From the human T2T-CHM13v2.0 reference genome, Homo sapiens: DNA of 64,000 nt. Shown one piece after another: positions 1 to 21,519 of the stretch. The translations under genes were made by a program, and so were the position numbers. Where the stretch lies: NCBI RefSeq assembly GCF_009914755.1, contig NC_060931.1. One strand, 5' to 3'. Position 1 is the stretch's first letter. The number at the start of each line of letters is the position of its first letter. The notes below the pieces were generated by a model. That model worked only from the letters and a program-made list of their open reading frames with translations. It ran no database searches and was not told the origin of the DNA.

Positions 1-92
1 AAACCAACCAGTAAACAAGAAACAAAGAACAAATACAACAAAAAGAAAAGAGCTTGGAAACGTGGTTTTAGTCCAAATATATTACTAATTAC

Positions 93-420
<328 letters not shown>

Positions 421-533
421 TAAATGTGAATGATCTAAACACACCAGTTGAAAGACAGACATTGTCGGATTGGATTTTTTAAAAAATCAAGCCTCAACTA
501 TATTTTATTTTGTATACAATATACTCACTTTAA

Positions 534-866
<333 letters not shown>

Positions 867-1413
867 TAAAAAGGGATGAAGAAAAATATACCATGAAAAC
901 ATCAATGAAAAAAAGCAGGAGTCATCATATTAATGTTGGACAAATCACTACCGATCAATTTTAGACAAAATATAATCAACTAAGTCTAATTGACATTTAT
1001 AGAACACTTTATTCAACAATAGTAGAATACAAATTTATCTCAAGTACACAAGCAGCATTCATCCCAATAGATCATGTTCTGGGCTAAAAACAAACCTCAA
1101 AAAATGTAAAGGAATAGAAATAATACAATGGGCATTCTTGCATCATATCCAAATAGCACTAGAAATTGATAAGAGTTAGTCAGAAACGCCCAATGGTTAG
1201 GAATTTAAACACTATACTTTTAAATAGCCCATGGGTCAAAAAAGAGATGTCTTAAGGAAAATTTCAAAGTCTTTTGAAATGAAATAGAATAAATCAGAAT
1301 TTGTGGGATGCAGAATAAGTAGTCCTTAGAGGGAGATGTATAGCATTGAATACTTATACTCGACAAAGATGAAAAATCACAAAGTTGCTTAAATTTCTAC
1401 CTTAGGAAACTCA

Positions 1414-3480
<2,067 letters not shown>

Positions 3481-3786
3481 GATTACGAGGGTTGAGGAAG
3501 GTGAAGGAGCAGAGGTGTTTGGATGAATCTTTCATTCTCCGAGTTTGCTGGCAACAGGAAGGAGAACTGAAGGGCGGCAGCTTGAGGACCATCTGGGTTA
3601 AGGAGTCATATTTTCCTTGGGATGGAACAGTCCTGCTGTAGACACCAAGGAACGACCGGGAAAGTGAAGGGGAAAATGGGAGGAGGCTGGAGGCAGAGGG
3701 GAGGGGTTCTCTTGCCAGGAGAGGAGAGAAAAGGAAGACAGGAGGATGAAGGGATGGATATTAAGAAGCAGAAGGGATGGAATTTA

Positions 3787-4501
<715 letters not shown>

Positions 4502-5066
4502 TTATTTCTGCCTTCCTACTCCAGGGCTCCTATCTGTAGCCTCCCATCCATTTGCCACCCACCTGGCCGCCAGCCTCATCATCCCCTTCTCCTCGAGCTG
4601 GGGCCTCCTGATCTTCAGAAACAGACTCCCCCTCATCTCCAGATCCCAGGGAGCAGGAGAAATTCAAGCACTGGCCAGCACTGCATCCTTGAACTCCTCA
4701 GCAAGGCACCAAAGTTCTCCATGTATCACTGCCCAAAAATGTCCAGGCAGCCTCCCATCTCCCCGAGGTCCCAACAGCATGACTGTTCAAATCCACAGTG
4801 TCTTGAACATCTTGTGCAGAGATGGATCAAGCCATGCTGCTGCCTGAAGGAAGTTTGGAGCAAGTGTCTTAGTCCCTTTGGGCTGCTGTAGCAAAGTGCT
4901 ATAGGCTGAGTGGCTCAAAAACAGCAGCAATTTATTTCTCATAGCTCTGGAAGCTGGAAGTCCAAGATCAGGATGTCAGCATGGGCGGGGTCCTGGTGAG
5001 GCCCCTCTTCTGGGTTGCAGACTTCCAGCTTCTCTCTGTGTCCTCACATGGTAGAAAGACAGCTAG

Positions 5067-5396
<330 letters not shown>

Positions 5397-5434
5397 TTAT
5401 AACTGCACTAATCCTATTCGTGGGGGTTCCACTT

Positions 5435-6296
5435 TGTGAAAGGCAAATAAATCTTAGGGTCCTTAAATCACTAAGATAAAGGGAAAAGTCAAGTTGGGAA
5501 CTGCTTCAGGCGAACCTGCCTCCTATTCTATTCAAAGTCACCCCTCTGCTCACTGAGATAAATGCATATCTGATCGCCTCCTTTGAAAGGTGAATCAGAA
5601 ACTCAAAAGAATGCAACCATTTGTCTCTTATCTACCTATGACCTGGAAGCCCCCACCTCACTTTGAGTTGTCCGGCCTTTCCAGACTGAACCAATGTTCA
5701 CCTTACATTTGTTGATTGATCTCTCATGTCTTCCTAGAATGTATACAACCAAACTGTGCTCTGACCACCTTGGTCACATGTCGTCAGTGTAAGATTTTCC
5801 CTGGGACCTGAAAACTTGAAGGGCTGAGTAACTCCTCCCTTCTCAGGCCCAGTCCCAAGGCGCAAGGCTACTTAGGTCAGCATCGTGCATCAGCAAGATA
5901 GCAGAAGCAGGAAGAGAGCCTGCCCGAAGACACGTATCCTGGCCGGAAGTCACGTACCCCTGAAGATCGAGAAAGAGGCCATGTGGGAATAACGTAGCAG
6001 TTACGTCAGACTAGGACACTTCTTGTTTACAGGAGACTATAAAACCTTTGCCCTGTCCTCAACTGGGGCTGACGCCATTTTAGGCCTCAGCCCGCCTGCA
6101 CCCAGGCGCTCATTAAAACAGCACGTTGCTCCACACCGCCTCGTGTTGTCTGTTGGCGCACTCTTGGGGTTCGAATGGATACAAGAACCTTACAGTCAGG
6201 ACCTCCTAAGGCTGTGTCACTGGCGCACGTTCTCAACCTTGGCAAAGTAAACTTTCTAAATTAACTGAGACCTGTCTCAGATTTTCCGGGTTCACA
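5435..6296 (+). mobile_element. MER4A1-type ERV1 solo LTR
   Basis: TG...CA ends; tgtgaaaggcaaataaatctt start; 4-bp TSD actt/actc. Confidence 0.85.
5788..6194 (+). mobile_element. Solo LTR, MER48-like (ERV1), 407 bp
   Basis: tgtaag...cttaca inverted termini; perfect TSD GTCAG; TATAAAA ~6037, ATTAAA ~6112; family name from recall. Confidence 0.75.
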
Positions 6297-6496
6297 ACTC
6301 TTATGACTTAATTACCTTCCAAAGGCCCCACCTCCAAATACCATCACACTGAGATCAGGTTTTCAACACATGAATTTTAGTAGGAGATAGACATTCAGTC
6401 CATTACAAAAGAAAACAACAGGGATAATTCATCCAGGCAAATCATTCCAACACAGCGGGGCAGGCACATGACAGAGGCCAGCAAAAGGCATCCCTG

Positions 6497-6589
6497 GGCC
6501 AGGTGTGGCAGCTCACACCTGTAATCCCAGCACTTTAGGAGGCTGAGGCAGGAGGATCCTTTGGGCCTAGGAGTTCGAAACCAGCCTGG
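6497..6589 (+). mobile_element. Alu left-arm fragment/FLAM
   Basis: ggccaggtgtgg...ctgtaatcccagcac. Confidence 0.85.
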
Positions 6590-6696
6590 GATGGAGCTGC
6601 AGCCATCGCTTCTGCAGTCCTATGGCAATACAGGATGGCACAAGATCACTCTCCCAACTTTCACCCTCTGGCTCCTATATTCAAGGAGGCATGGTG

Positions 6697-7002
6697 GGCC
6701 AGGCATGGAGCCTCATGCCTGTAGTCCCAGCACTTTAGGAGCTGAGGTGGGAGGATCCCTTTAGGCCAGAAGTTTGAGACCAGCATGGGCAACATCTGTT
6801 TATATATAACATCTCTATATAAAATTAAAAGCTGAGCTGAGGATGGTGGCACATGCCTGTAGTCCCAGCTACTTAGGAGGCTGAGGCAGGAGGATCGTGT
6901 GAGCCCAGGAGTTGGAGGCTGCAGTGAGCTGGGATCACACCCCTGCACTCCAGCCTGGGCGATAAAGCAAAACTCTGTCTCCAAAAAATGAAAATAAAAA
7001 AA
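6697..7002 (+). mobile_element. AluJ
   Basis: Full dimer, diverged. Confidence 0.92.
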
Positions 7003-7027
7003 GGACCGCACTAGAGATGAGCTCTAA

Positions 7028-7476
<449 letters not shown>

Positions 7477-8567
7477 CATAGCAGGCTCTTATGTGCATTG
7501 CCGTGGGCTACTGTGGTGTGACCAAGTGTGGGTTCCACCTGGGTGTAGGACACGGGCCCTCCTCCTGGGGCTGCCCAGCCATGCAGGCTTTGAGCCCTCA
7601 TCGTGAGGCATTTTGCTCTCTATCCTCTGAGCCTATCTCTGCCTGCAGAAACCATCTCCCCTCTGTTCCCAGTGCTGCAATTCCTGCTAAGACCTAGGCA
7701 AGGCTTGATGCTGGGTTCTCATTCTCACCGGGGATGCCTGGGCCCTGTGAGTTTCAAGCCAAGTCACTCCTCCACTCTCGCTGGGTGTCTGTCTTCATCC
7801 ATGACCCCAGGAGGGGGCCTAGAGGGAGGCACAGTGGATGTACCTGCAACCACGGCGTGTCCTCTCCTGCCTTCTCTCTCTTTCCTTTTGTGGTGCTGTT
7901 TTATCTGGAACTTTGCTGAAGCGGCAGTTTATTCTAATTCTCTCCAGCAGGACACATTGTATACTGTGGTTCATCATATGCTAATAACATAATTATGTGG
8001 TTAGAAGATCAGGTCAGCAGAACATCGGCCAGGATGGGAAATAAAGCCAGGCGTTTTCAGGGGAATGTTCCAAGCATCCCTTTAGCAAGGCCTCTCTGGG
8101 CTCCCGGCCCAGGGCACAAGGCTGTGAAACCCTACCACGCAGCGGGAGGATGAGAAGGCAGCTGCCAGGCTGTCCAGTTGAGGTCCCCGACCAGAGACCC
8201 CAGGGACCAGTCACCAACCAGCTTGGAAAAACAGGATTAGTCTCTAAATAATGCTTGACAGATTTTTGGAACTTTCTTCTATCCAAAGGGGACCCTGGGG
8301 TTTTTAGTCTGGTGTGTAATCTCATAACTACATTGAAGGCAAACAGAAAGTACTAAGATACATGAAAACTTGCTAGTTAGGCCCAAGCACAAGTTCCTTA
8401 GTGCTTGGTGAGGCTAGAAACTGGTCTTCTGACCCCGGAGAGAAGTTGCTTTTATTCACTCTATGTCTTCTCAAATACTTGCCTGTTACTGCAGCTTCTT
8501 CAGAAATGAGGGAGCTGGGAGTCAGGATGGCTGTTCACTCTGGGACAATTGTAGGTCAACTGCAGGA

Positions 8568-8882
8568 ATTTTTTTCCTTTTTTGGAGACAGAGTCTCGCT
8601 CTGTCACCCAGGCTGCAGTGCAATGGCGCGATCTCGGCTCACTGCAACTTCCACCTCCTGGGTTCAAGTGATTATCGTGCCTCAGCCTCCTGAGTAGCTG
8701 GGACTATAGGCACGCACCGCCACGACTGGCTTTTTTTTTTTTTTTTTTTTTTTTTGTATTTTGAGTAGAGACAGGGTTTTACCATGTTGCCCAGGCTGGT
8801 CTCGAATTCCTGACCTCAGACAATCTGCCTCCTTGGCCTCCCAAAGTGCTGGGATTACAGGCGTGAGCCACTACACCCGGCC
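8568..8882 (-). mobile_element. AluS with expanded central T tract
   Basis: Antisense Alu. Confidence 0.93.
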
Positions 8883-8903
8883 AGGGGCTCCTTTCTATAG
8901 TGC

Positions 8904-9087
8904 TTTTTTTTTTTTAAAGAGACAGGGTCTTGCTGTGTTGCCCAGGCTGGAGTGCAGTGGTGTGATCATAGCTGCCTGCAGCTTTGACCTCTTGTGCTCA
9001 AGCGATCCTCCCGCCCCAGCCTCTTGAGTAGCTGGGACTACAGGCATACACCACTATGCCTGGCTGATTTTTTAAAAAATATTTTTG
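8904..9087 (-). mobile_element. AluJ right-arm fragment
   Basis: Antisense Alu right monomer. Confidence 0.9.
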
Positions 9088-9089
9088 TA

Positions 9090-9473
<384 letters not shown>

Positions 9474-9751
9474 TCACACCCTGTGGACATGGCTCTGCTA
9501 GCTCTCTTTCTGGTAGGAGAACAGGGTTTTCAAGGTGGAGAGCGTGCGTGAAGGGTTTGTTTATGGAAATCCAAAGGTTCAGTTCATGAAGTTGGCCAGG
9601 GGCCCCCTTCTCATCTCTTTCTGGAAACTCTTCCTACTCCCAGGAGCCCCTTCTCTTCCAAGAACCTCCCAGAACCTGGATTTCATTAAATACCAAGGAG
9701 GTAAAACACTTTTTAATCATCTGTAAGATTTGAACTCTTAAAGGCCCACAT

Positions 9752-9820
9752 CTGTGGTTGTCAAAATGTGGCCCCAGTACCAATGATAGGTGCCTGAGAG
9801 TGTGTCAGAAATGCAAAAGC
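9752..9820. mobile_element. MER5-like fragment
   Basis: gtggttgtcaaaatgtggcccc...gtcagaaatgcaaa. Confidence 0.45.
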
Positions 9821-10278
<458 letters not shown>

Positions 10279-10390
10279 AAAAGAAAGAAAGAGGAAGAAA
10301 GAAAGAAAGAAAGAAAGAAGAAAGAGGAAAGAGAGAAAAGCGAAGAAAGAAGAAAGAAAAGGAAGGAAGGTAGGAAGAAAGGAAAAGAAG
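10279..10390 (+). repeat. (GAAA)n-like purine tract
   Basis: Direct observation. Confidence 0.95.
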
Positions 10391-10529
10391 TGCAAAAATA
10401 GCTAAATTCTAATTCAGCAGCAAGGATTGCAAAGCGTCTCTCCTCCCTCAGCAGATACCCTTCGGCTGCCAATGTCCAGGTAAGATGCCTTTGTCCTATA
10501 AAGCTGGGGCAAAATTAATATTTACCCAG

Positions 10530-11003
<474 letters not shown>

Positions 11004-11266
11004 TGAGTAGAAAACAGTTTTCAAACTTTTTGGTCTCAGGGAAAGTTCCCTCTGCACTCTTAAAAATTATTGAGCACCTCAAAAATCTTTTGTTTATGTG
11101 TGCTATATCTAGGGATATTTACTGTGTGAGAACGTAAGGCTGATAAATTCTTAAAATATTAATTCATTTTAAACAATAAGGAACCTATTGCGTGTTTAAC
11201 ATAAATAACACGCTTTAAGAAAGCAGATCTTTCCCAAACAAAAAAGCGTAGTGAGAAGAATGGCAT

Positions 11267-11577
<311 letters not shown>

Positions 11578-11824
11578 GGCATTGTTTTATATTTTTGCAA
11601 AGCTCTTCAATATCTGGCTGAAGACAGCTAGGTTCTCAAACCTGCCTTTAATCTGTTGCAATACCCCACGTCATGTAGCCTCTGGGAAACACTGTATGCT
11701 TGTGAATGAAATGAATGTGAATGAAAAGGCCAATAGCATGTTAGGATTGTTGTAAAGTAGTTTTGTCCCTGCAGACCCCCCAAAAGAGTCTTGAAGAGCC
11801 CAGAGATCCCCATACCACACTTAA

Positions 11825-13290
<1,466 letters not shown>

Positions 13291-13604
13291 ATCATTTTGA
13301 TAATCCATCTTTCATAAACAAATACTGGGTTTATGTCTCTAGTCTGGCTTCTGTCAAGTTTTCATGTGGAGACTGAGCAATGGGCTGGAGAAAAGGGGGA
13401 AAAAAGGGAATGTGGGAACCAGCATGTGCTGCTGGAATTCTGAACTATGTCCCTTGGTCTCCACGAAGGAAGAGTGGGTCGCTGGCTGCTTGTTTGGGAT
13501 GTTATCTGAAGAGCAGGATGCCCAGCCGAGCCCTGCCCCCCATGATCTGCCCAGGGATAACACTCATCTCTGGCCTCAAGTCCCCGACATGTGTAACAGT
13601 GTGG

Positions 13605-14565
13605 TAGACATTCAACCCAGCAATGCTATTATTGGGTATATATTCAAAGGAATAGAAATCATTCTACCATAGGCCAGGCGCAGTGGCTCATGCCTTTAGG
13701 CTCAGCTCTTTGAGAGGCCGAAGCAGGAGGATCACCCGAGGTCAGGAGTTTGAGACGGGCGGATGACCTGAGGTCAGGAGTTCAAGAGCAGCCTGGCCAA
13801 CATGGTGAAACTCCATCTTAACTAAAAATATGAAAATTAGCTGGATATGGTGGCACGTGCCTGTAATCTCAGCTACTCAGTTGTCTGAGGCATGAGTATC
13901 ACTTGAACCCGAGAGGCAGAGATCACAGTGATCTGAGATCGTGCCACTGCACTCCAGCCTGGTTGACAGATCGAGACTCTATCTCAAAAATCAATCAATC
14001 CATCCATCGTTTACCATGCACATAAATAAATAAATCATTCAACCATGTACATTCTACCATAGTGCTGAATTGGACATGTATGTGCATGCAAAGACACATG
14101 GACGTATATGTTCATTTCAGCACTATTCACAATAGCAAAGATACGGAATCAACCTAAATGCCCATCAACGGTAGACTGGATAAAGAAAATAGGGTACATA
14201 TACACCATGGAATACTATGCAGCTATAAAAAAGTGAGATCATGGCCTTTGCAGCAGCATGGATGTAACTGGAGGCCATTATCCTTAGCCGATTGACACAG
14301 GAACAGAAAACCAAATACCACATGTTCTCACTTGCAAGTGGGAGCTAAACATTGAGTGTACAAGGACACAAAGAGGGTAACAACAGACACTGGGCCCAGT
14401 TTGAGGGCGAGGATTGGAAAACTATCTATGAGTATTGTACTGATTACCCAGGTGACAAAATAGTCTGCACACCAAACCCTTGTGTTATGCAATATTCCCA
14501 TGTAACAAACCTACGTATGTGCCCCTGAACCTAAAAAAAGTTGAAAATTAAAATTTTTAAAAAGA
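13605..14565 (+). mobile_element. L1PA (old, ~L1PA13-16-like) 3' end
   Basis: ORF2 C-terminal and 3'UTR motifs (atggaatactatgcagc, catgttctcacttgcaagtgggagctaaac). Confidence 0.85.
13672..13990 (+). mobile_element. AluS with duplicated B-box segment
   Basis: Alu dimer inside the L1. Confidence 0.93.
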
Positions 14566-14805
14566 ATGTGTGATGGAATTGTATAGTCTCTAGGATATTC
14601 AAGCTGGGTCGGACCCACAATGGGGAACCTGAGGCCCACAGACTGCAGCCTACGCAAGCCCCCCAGTACTGTTCCTGGGAGAGCTGAGATGGAATCCATG
14701 TTCTTCCTCTACCTGCTGACACCCCTGGACTTGATTTTCCAGCTCGGCAGATCCTCCAGGAAACACTGGTTATCCAGAGGAAACTCTGAGTCAGGGGAGA
14801 GGACT

Positions 14806-15110
14806 TTTAATTTAACTTTGTTTTACTGAGATGTGGTCTTGCTCTGTCACCCAGGCTGGAGTGCAGTGGCGTGATCATAGCTCACTGTAGCTTTGAATTT
14901 CTCTGTTCAAGTGATCCCTCCCACCTCTGCCTCCCAAGTTCTTGGGACTACAGGCTTGCACCACCATATCCAGCTCATTTCAATTTTTTTTGGTCAAGAC
15001 AGGGTCTTGCTATGTTGTCCAGTCTGGTCTCGAATTCCTGGCCTCATATGATCCTCCTGCTTCAGCCTCCCAAAGTGCGGGGATTACAGGTGTGAGCCTC
15101 CATGCCTGGC
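14806..15110 (-). mobile_element. AluJ
   Basis: TSD ggagaggactt/ggagagggactt. Confidence 0.92.
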
Positions 15111-16220
15111 CAGAGGAGAGGGACTTACTAGTCGGGGCTATAGTCAATATGTTACAAATCAAGGTTATGTGCTGCTTAGGTGCCATTAAAAAAACAAATT
15201 GTCATGGAGATTGTGGGAACAAAAGGTCACTTCTACACCCAACCACGTCCTGCACATTCCAGGGACTGTGGCAATCATGCCACATGTTGTCAGAGAGCAA
15301 CCTTCAGGCCACCAAATCGTGGGGGTCTTGGCTCTGGCACTCTGTCCTCCCTGCACTCACTGGGCCCCATGACCACAGGTAGCCCGGGGTTTTTTCCTTC
15401 TTTCCTTCTGCTAAGCATGTGCAACATTCCTTCTGCCAGGGGCTATGCTTATGGCTGGGAACACAGAGCAGGGCCATTCACAGTCCTTGCCCTTGAAAAG
15501 CCCCTTCTATCAATGCAGAGAGGAAAGTAGGGGACCATGTCGTAGGGTGTGAGCAATATTTCTCAGGGATAAGGTAGCATAAGGAGGAAACAGACAAAGA
15601 CAACACTTAAGCAGCCATGGGAACTGGGAGGGGAACCCTGAAGTCTCAGATGTGAAGCCAAGGGTGTGAGGGAGGGGGTGGCTTGTGGGGTTTGTCCTAG
15701 TCACTCTAGGGCTTCTGGAGGTAGCTTGCCCCAGGTAGGATTCTACCACCTCCAGCAGAAGAATTCTGTGTGGCTTCCTTGGATTTTGAGCAGCCACAGA
15801 GGTTTATCTGTCCTGCTCTCTTGTTCCTGGCTAGGCACGGATCTTCCTAGAACTTGATGGGGCTGATGGTGAGCCCAGTTCCAGGCAAGAGGAAAGAAGA
15901 GAGACAAGCCAGAGAGGGCGGGCAGGCAGGACCCTAGAGGAGAAAACTGAGCTGGGCTTGGCAATGATCACCTGTGTAATTAGCACCACCGGCCTCATTG
16001 TTGCGTCTAAGCAGGGTCCCCTGCTCTCTGGGGTCCTGAATCTAGGCCTCCCTTGGGGAGTTCAGAGCCAGGGCGGGATGGCGGATCCCTGCCTGGGCAC
16101 AACATCCCACGGTTCTGCTTTCTCTCCACCAAGATATCTTCCCTCCCTTCAGGCAGGATGGGCGATCTCGGCAATCAGGCTTGGGATTGAGTCCTCTCTG
16201 TCACACAGATTTTTGTTTAG

Positions 16221-16518
<298 letters not shown>

Positions 16519-16668
16519 TATTTAGTTGCTTTTAATTGTCAGCGTCTTCATCTCTGGAATATTTTGATTTAAAAAATCTTATGAAGCTGTAAATTAAGCT
16601 TGCCTATGTTTACACTGTTTTGAAAATCCTCCTGGTGTTGAGATGATCACAGATTAAATGTGTTTAGA

Positions 16669-16960
<292 letters not shown>

Positions 16961-17055
16961 TTATGAAAGTGTAAGACAAGCATGCTTAAATTTATCCTGT
17001 TTTGAAAACCCTCCCTGTGTTAAGATGATCACAGCTTAAAAATGTTTAGAGAATA

Positions 17056-17338
<283 letters not shown>

Positions 17339-17677
17339 TCAATGCTGAAATTCAAGAACAGGTTGAGGCTGCCACTGGGAGTGTTGAACCCACTTCAGCT
17401 GGTCTAGAGGCCATCAGCAGAGCTGAAGGCCAATTTGGAGATTGCATTCTTCACCTTTGTCCTCTCCATTTCAGAGACAAAAAATCTAAAGTCCAAAGAG
17501 GTTAAGTGAGAGGTCCAAGATCTGATGGAAAAATCCTGGCAGAACTTGAAGTGGATATGGGGGGTGGCTGCTGATGACAGAGAGGTCTCTCAGCAGTACC
17601 AGGGGTCCTTTTGCCCTTTGACCTCTCCACATATTTGCAAGGACTGAAAGGGGACCTGCCGGCCAGATGCTCTAGGG

Positions 17678-18237
<560 letters not shown>

Positions 18238-18329
18238 CTCTAGGACTTCAGGGTGGCTCTGATTCTAGATGGAGGTAGCTCCGGCTTGAGGACTCAGGCC
18301 ACTAGCCTTCAATGTCTGTGCCTGACTTC

Positions 18330-19530
18330 TGTGAAAGAAAAATCTTAGGCACTGTGATGGTTAATGCTGAGTGTCAACTTGATTGGATTGAGGGATACAA
18401 AGTATTGATCCTGGGTGTGTCTGTGAGGGTGTTGCCAAAGGAGATTAACACTTGAGTCAGTGGACTGGGGAAGGCAAATCCACCCTTAATCTGGTTGGCA
18501 CAATCTAATCAGCTTCCAGTGAATATAAAGCGGGCAGAAAAACGTGAAAAAGGAGACGGGCCTAGCCTCCCAGCTTACATCTTTCTCCTGTGCTGGATGC
18601 TTCCTGCTCTCGAACATCGCACTCCAAGTTCTTCAGTTTTGGGACTCGGACTGGCTCTCCTTGCTCCTCAGCTTGCAGATGGCCCATTGTGGGACCTTGT
18701 GATCATGTAAGTTAATACTTAATAAACTCTTATATATATCTTATTAATTCTGTCCCTCTAAGAGAACTCTAATACAGGCACAATACGATTTTGAAGCATT
18801 TATTTGAGTAAGAAGCAATTTGGGGATTGGGAAACGCCAAATTGAAAGAGATCACATGTTGCCACGACCAGTCTTGAAAGGCAAATATGTGTAAGATATA
18901 TGCAGAAGCAAAATAAATAAATTATTTGATGGGTTGCGATGATATTAGTTGTCTTATTTAGTCTATCTTCTTGGAAAGTTCCTAGTTATACCATTATGAG
19001 TTTGTTGGCTACTTCTGATTCATTGAACTTAAGTTTTACTTTTCTTTAATATAGGCATTGATAAGAAATAGCTCAAGTTAAGGGGCTGAGTGTGGTGGTT
19101 CATGCCTGTAATTCCAGCACTTTGGGAGGCTGGGGTGGGAAGATTGCTTGAGGCCAGGAATTTGAGGCCAGCCTGGGCAACAGCTAGACTTCGTCTCTAC
19201 TTTAAATCAAAAAAATTAGCCAGATGTAGTGGTGCATGCCTGTAGTCCCAACTACTTGGGAGGCTGAGGTGGGAGGATCACTTGAGCCCAGGAGTTCTAG
19301 GCTGTATTGAGCTATGATTGCACCACTGCCCTCCAGCCTGGGTAACAGAGAGAGACCCTGTAGAAAAAAAAAAAAAGAAAACAAAAAACAAACAAACAAA
19401 GAGAAATAGCTCAATTTGAGTTTTGCTCATGTTTGCAAATCAAGCAAGGTGGAGGTCACTGATGAGGCCTAACTGGTATCTGCCCAGGGATTCTTCAGAT
19501 CTGTTCTCCTTCTTCATTTATTTTAACTGT
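18330..19530 (-). mobile_element. Old ERV1-type LTR (family uncertain), host of MLT2A and AluJ (19084-19400)
   Basis: tgtgaaagaaaaa start; continuity across insertions (Alu TSD core agaaatagctcaa). Confidence 0.5.
18353..18776 (+). mobile_element. MLT2A (MLT2A2-like) HERV-L solo LTR
   Basis: tgtgatggttaat...ctaataca; perfect TSD GGCAC. Confidence 0.92.
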
Positions 19531-19599
19531 TCTTACTAAAATGAGAATGTCATCATTCCAAAGCGCATGAAGTGTGAAGAACCACAGCTGCCATTCATT

Positions 19600-20130
19600 G
19601 ATCCCCCACTGTGTCCCAGCCACACTATCTACTGTCCCTAAATGCTTGACACACGTTGTCACAATGGACTCTTACAACCCCACTTCGCAGCTTTGAAAAC
19701 TGAGGCATGAACTGGCTGCAAGACACGCTGAAGCTCCCACATCTACTTAAGGGATGGAGCAGGAGTTTGGGGCCATGTTTATCTGACCCTAAAGCCCTGC
19801 TTTTTTTTTTTTTTTTTTTGGAGATGGAGTTTCGCTCTTGTTGCCCAGGATGGAGTTGCAATGGCGCCATCTGGGCTCACTGCAACCTCTGCCTCCCGGG
19901 TTCAAACAATTCTCCTGCCTCAGCCTCCTGAGTAGCTGGGATTACAGGTGCCTGCCAGCATGCCCGGCTAATTTTTTGTATTTTTAGTAGAGACAGGGTT
20001 TTACCATGTTGGCCAAGCTGGTCTCAAACTCCTGACTTCAGGTGATCTACCCGCCTCAGCCTCCCAAAGTGCTGGGATTACAGGTGTGAGCCACCACACC
20101 CAACCAAAGCCCTGCTTTTAACAGCTGTGA
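19600..20130 (-). mobile_element. MIR with antisense AluS (19801-20104)
   Basis: gaaaactgaggc MIR core; Alu TSD aaagccctgcttt. Confidence 0.8.
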
Positions 20131-20239
20131 TAGAAGATGTCATCAAGTGAAGTTGAATCCTGATCAGAATCTCTGGGAGGTCCAGGACTTCCCCATCTGC
20201 CGTTGAGACTTCGGGAGACTTCGAGACCATTTAAGACTT

Positions 20240-21067
20240 CTTTTTAAAATTTTTGATTATTTAATATTTATGTATTTTAAATTTCCGTGGGTTTTTGGGG
20301 AACAGGTGGTGTTTGGTTACATGAGTAAGTTCTTTAGGAGTGATTTGTGAGATTTTGGTGCACCCATCATCTGAGCTCAAAAGAAGATATACAAATGGCT
20401 AAGAAACGTATGAAAAAAATGCTCAGCGTCACTAATGATCAGGGAAATGCAAATCAAAACCGCAATGCCATACCACCTGACTCCCGCAAGAATGGCCATA
20501 ATCAAAAAATAATAGATGTTGGCATGGATGTGATGAAAAAGGAACATTCCTACATTGCTGGTGGGAATGTAAACTAGTACAACCACTATTGAAAACAGTG
20601 TGGAGATTCCTTAAATAACTGGAAGTAGAACTATCATTTGACCCAGCAATCCTACTACTGGGTATTATATCCAGAGGAAAAGAAATCATTACACAAAAAA
20701 GATACTTGCACACGCATGTTTATAGCAGCACAATTCGCAATTGCAAAACTGTTAAACCAGCCCAAATGCCCATCAATCAATGAGTGAATAAGGAAACTAC
20801 AATTTATATGTATGAAGGAATACTACTCAGCCATAAAGAGGAATGAATTAATAGCATTCACAGCAATCTCTGGATGGGATTAGAGACCATTATTCTCAGT
20901 GAAGTAACTCAGGAATGGAAAACCAAACATCGTATGTTCTCACTCATAAGTGGGAGCTAAGCTATGAGGATGCAAAGGCATAAGAATGATACAATGGACT
21001 TGGGGACTTGGGGAGAAAGCATGGGAAGGGGGTGAGGGATTAAAGACTACAAATTGGATTCAGTGAC
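20240..21067 (-). mobile_element. L1PB with 5' inversion (twin priming)
   Basis: 20240-20376 antisense 3' end with poly-T; 20377-21065 sense upstream part; TSD accatttaagactt/accgtttaagactt. Confidence 0.88.
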
Positions 21068-21092
21068 ACCGTTTAAGACTTTCATACCATAG

Positions 21093-21519
21093 TAGCCTTG
21101 TGAGTGAAGGTTCTCCCAAAAGCAGACACCAAAACAGGATTAGACATGCAGGGGGTTTACTGGGGGAAACACCTGTGAGGGAAAGTGGGGAGGAAGCCAG
21201 AGAAGGCTGGAAAAGGCTTAGGCTATAATGCAAGTCTGACCCCTATGAAGGAGAGAGGGAGGGAAGAAAGGAAAGAAGAAAGCTCTTAGGCTGCAGTTCA
21301 GAGCTAAGACCAGTTGGGCAAAGTTACAGATAGTCCTTGAGCCAAAGTCATCCATGACAGGAGTCCCATATCTCGCAGAAACAGGCCCCTCTTCATGTCC
21401 CCAGACTGCACAGTGAGCCGAGAAGCAGAGCATCAGTGCAAATGGAGTGATGGATCTCCAAGTGCACCAGCTGCGGCCACGGTAGGAGACCTAGGTGGTG
21501 CATTTTCATAGCTGCCACA
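21093..21519 (-). mobile_element. LTR16-type ERVL LTR
   Basis: ggttctcccaaaagcagac...; ends catagctgccaca. Confidence 0.65.
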
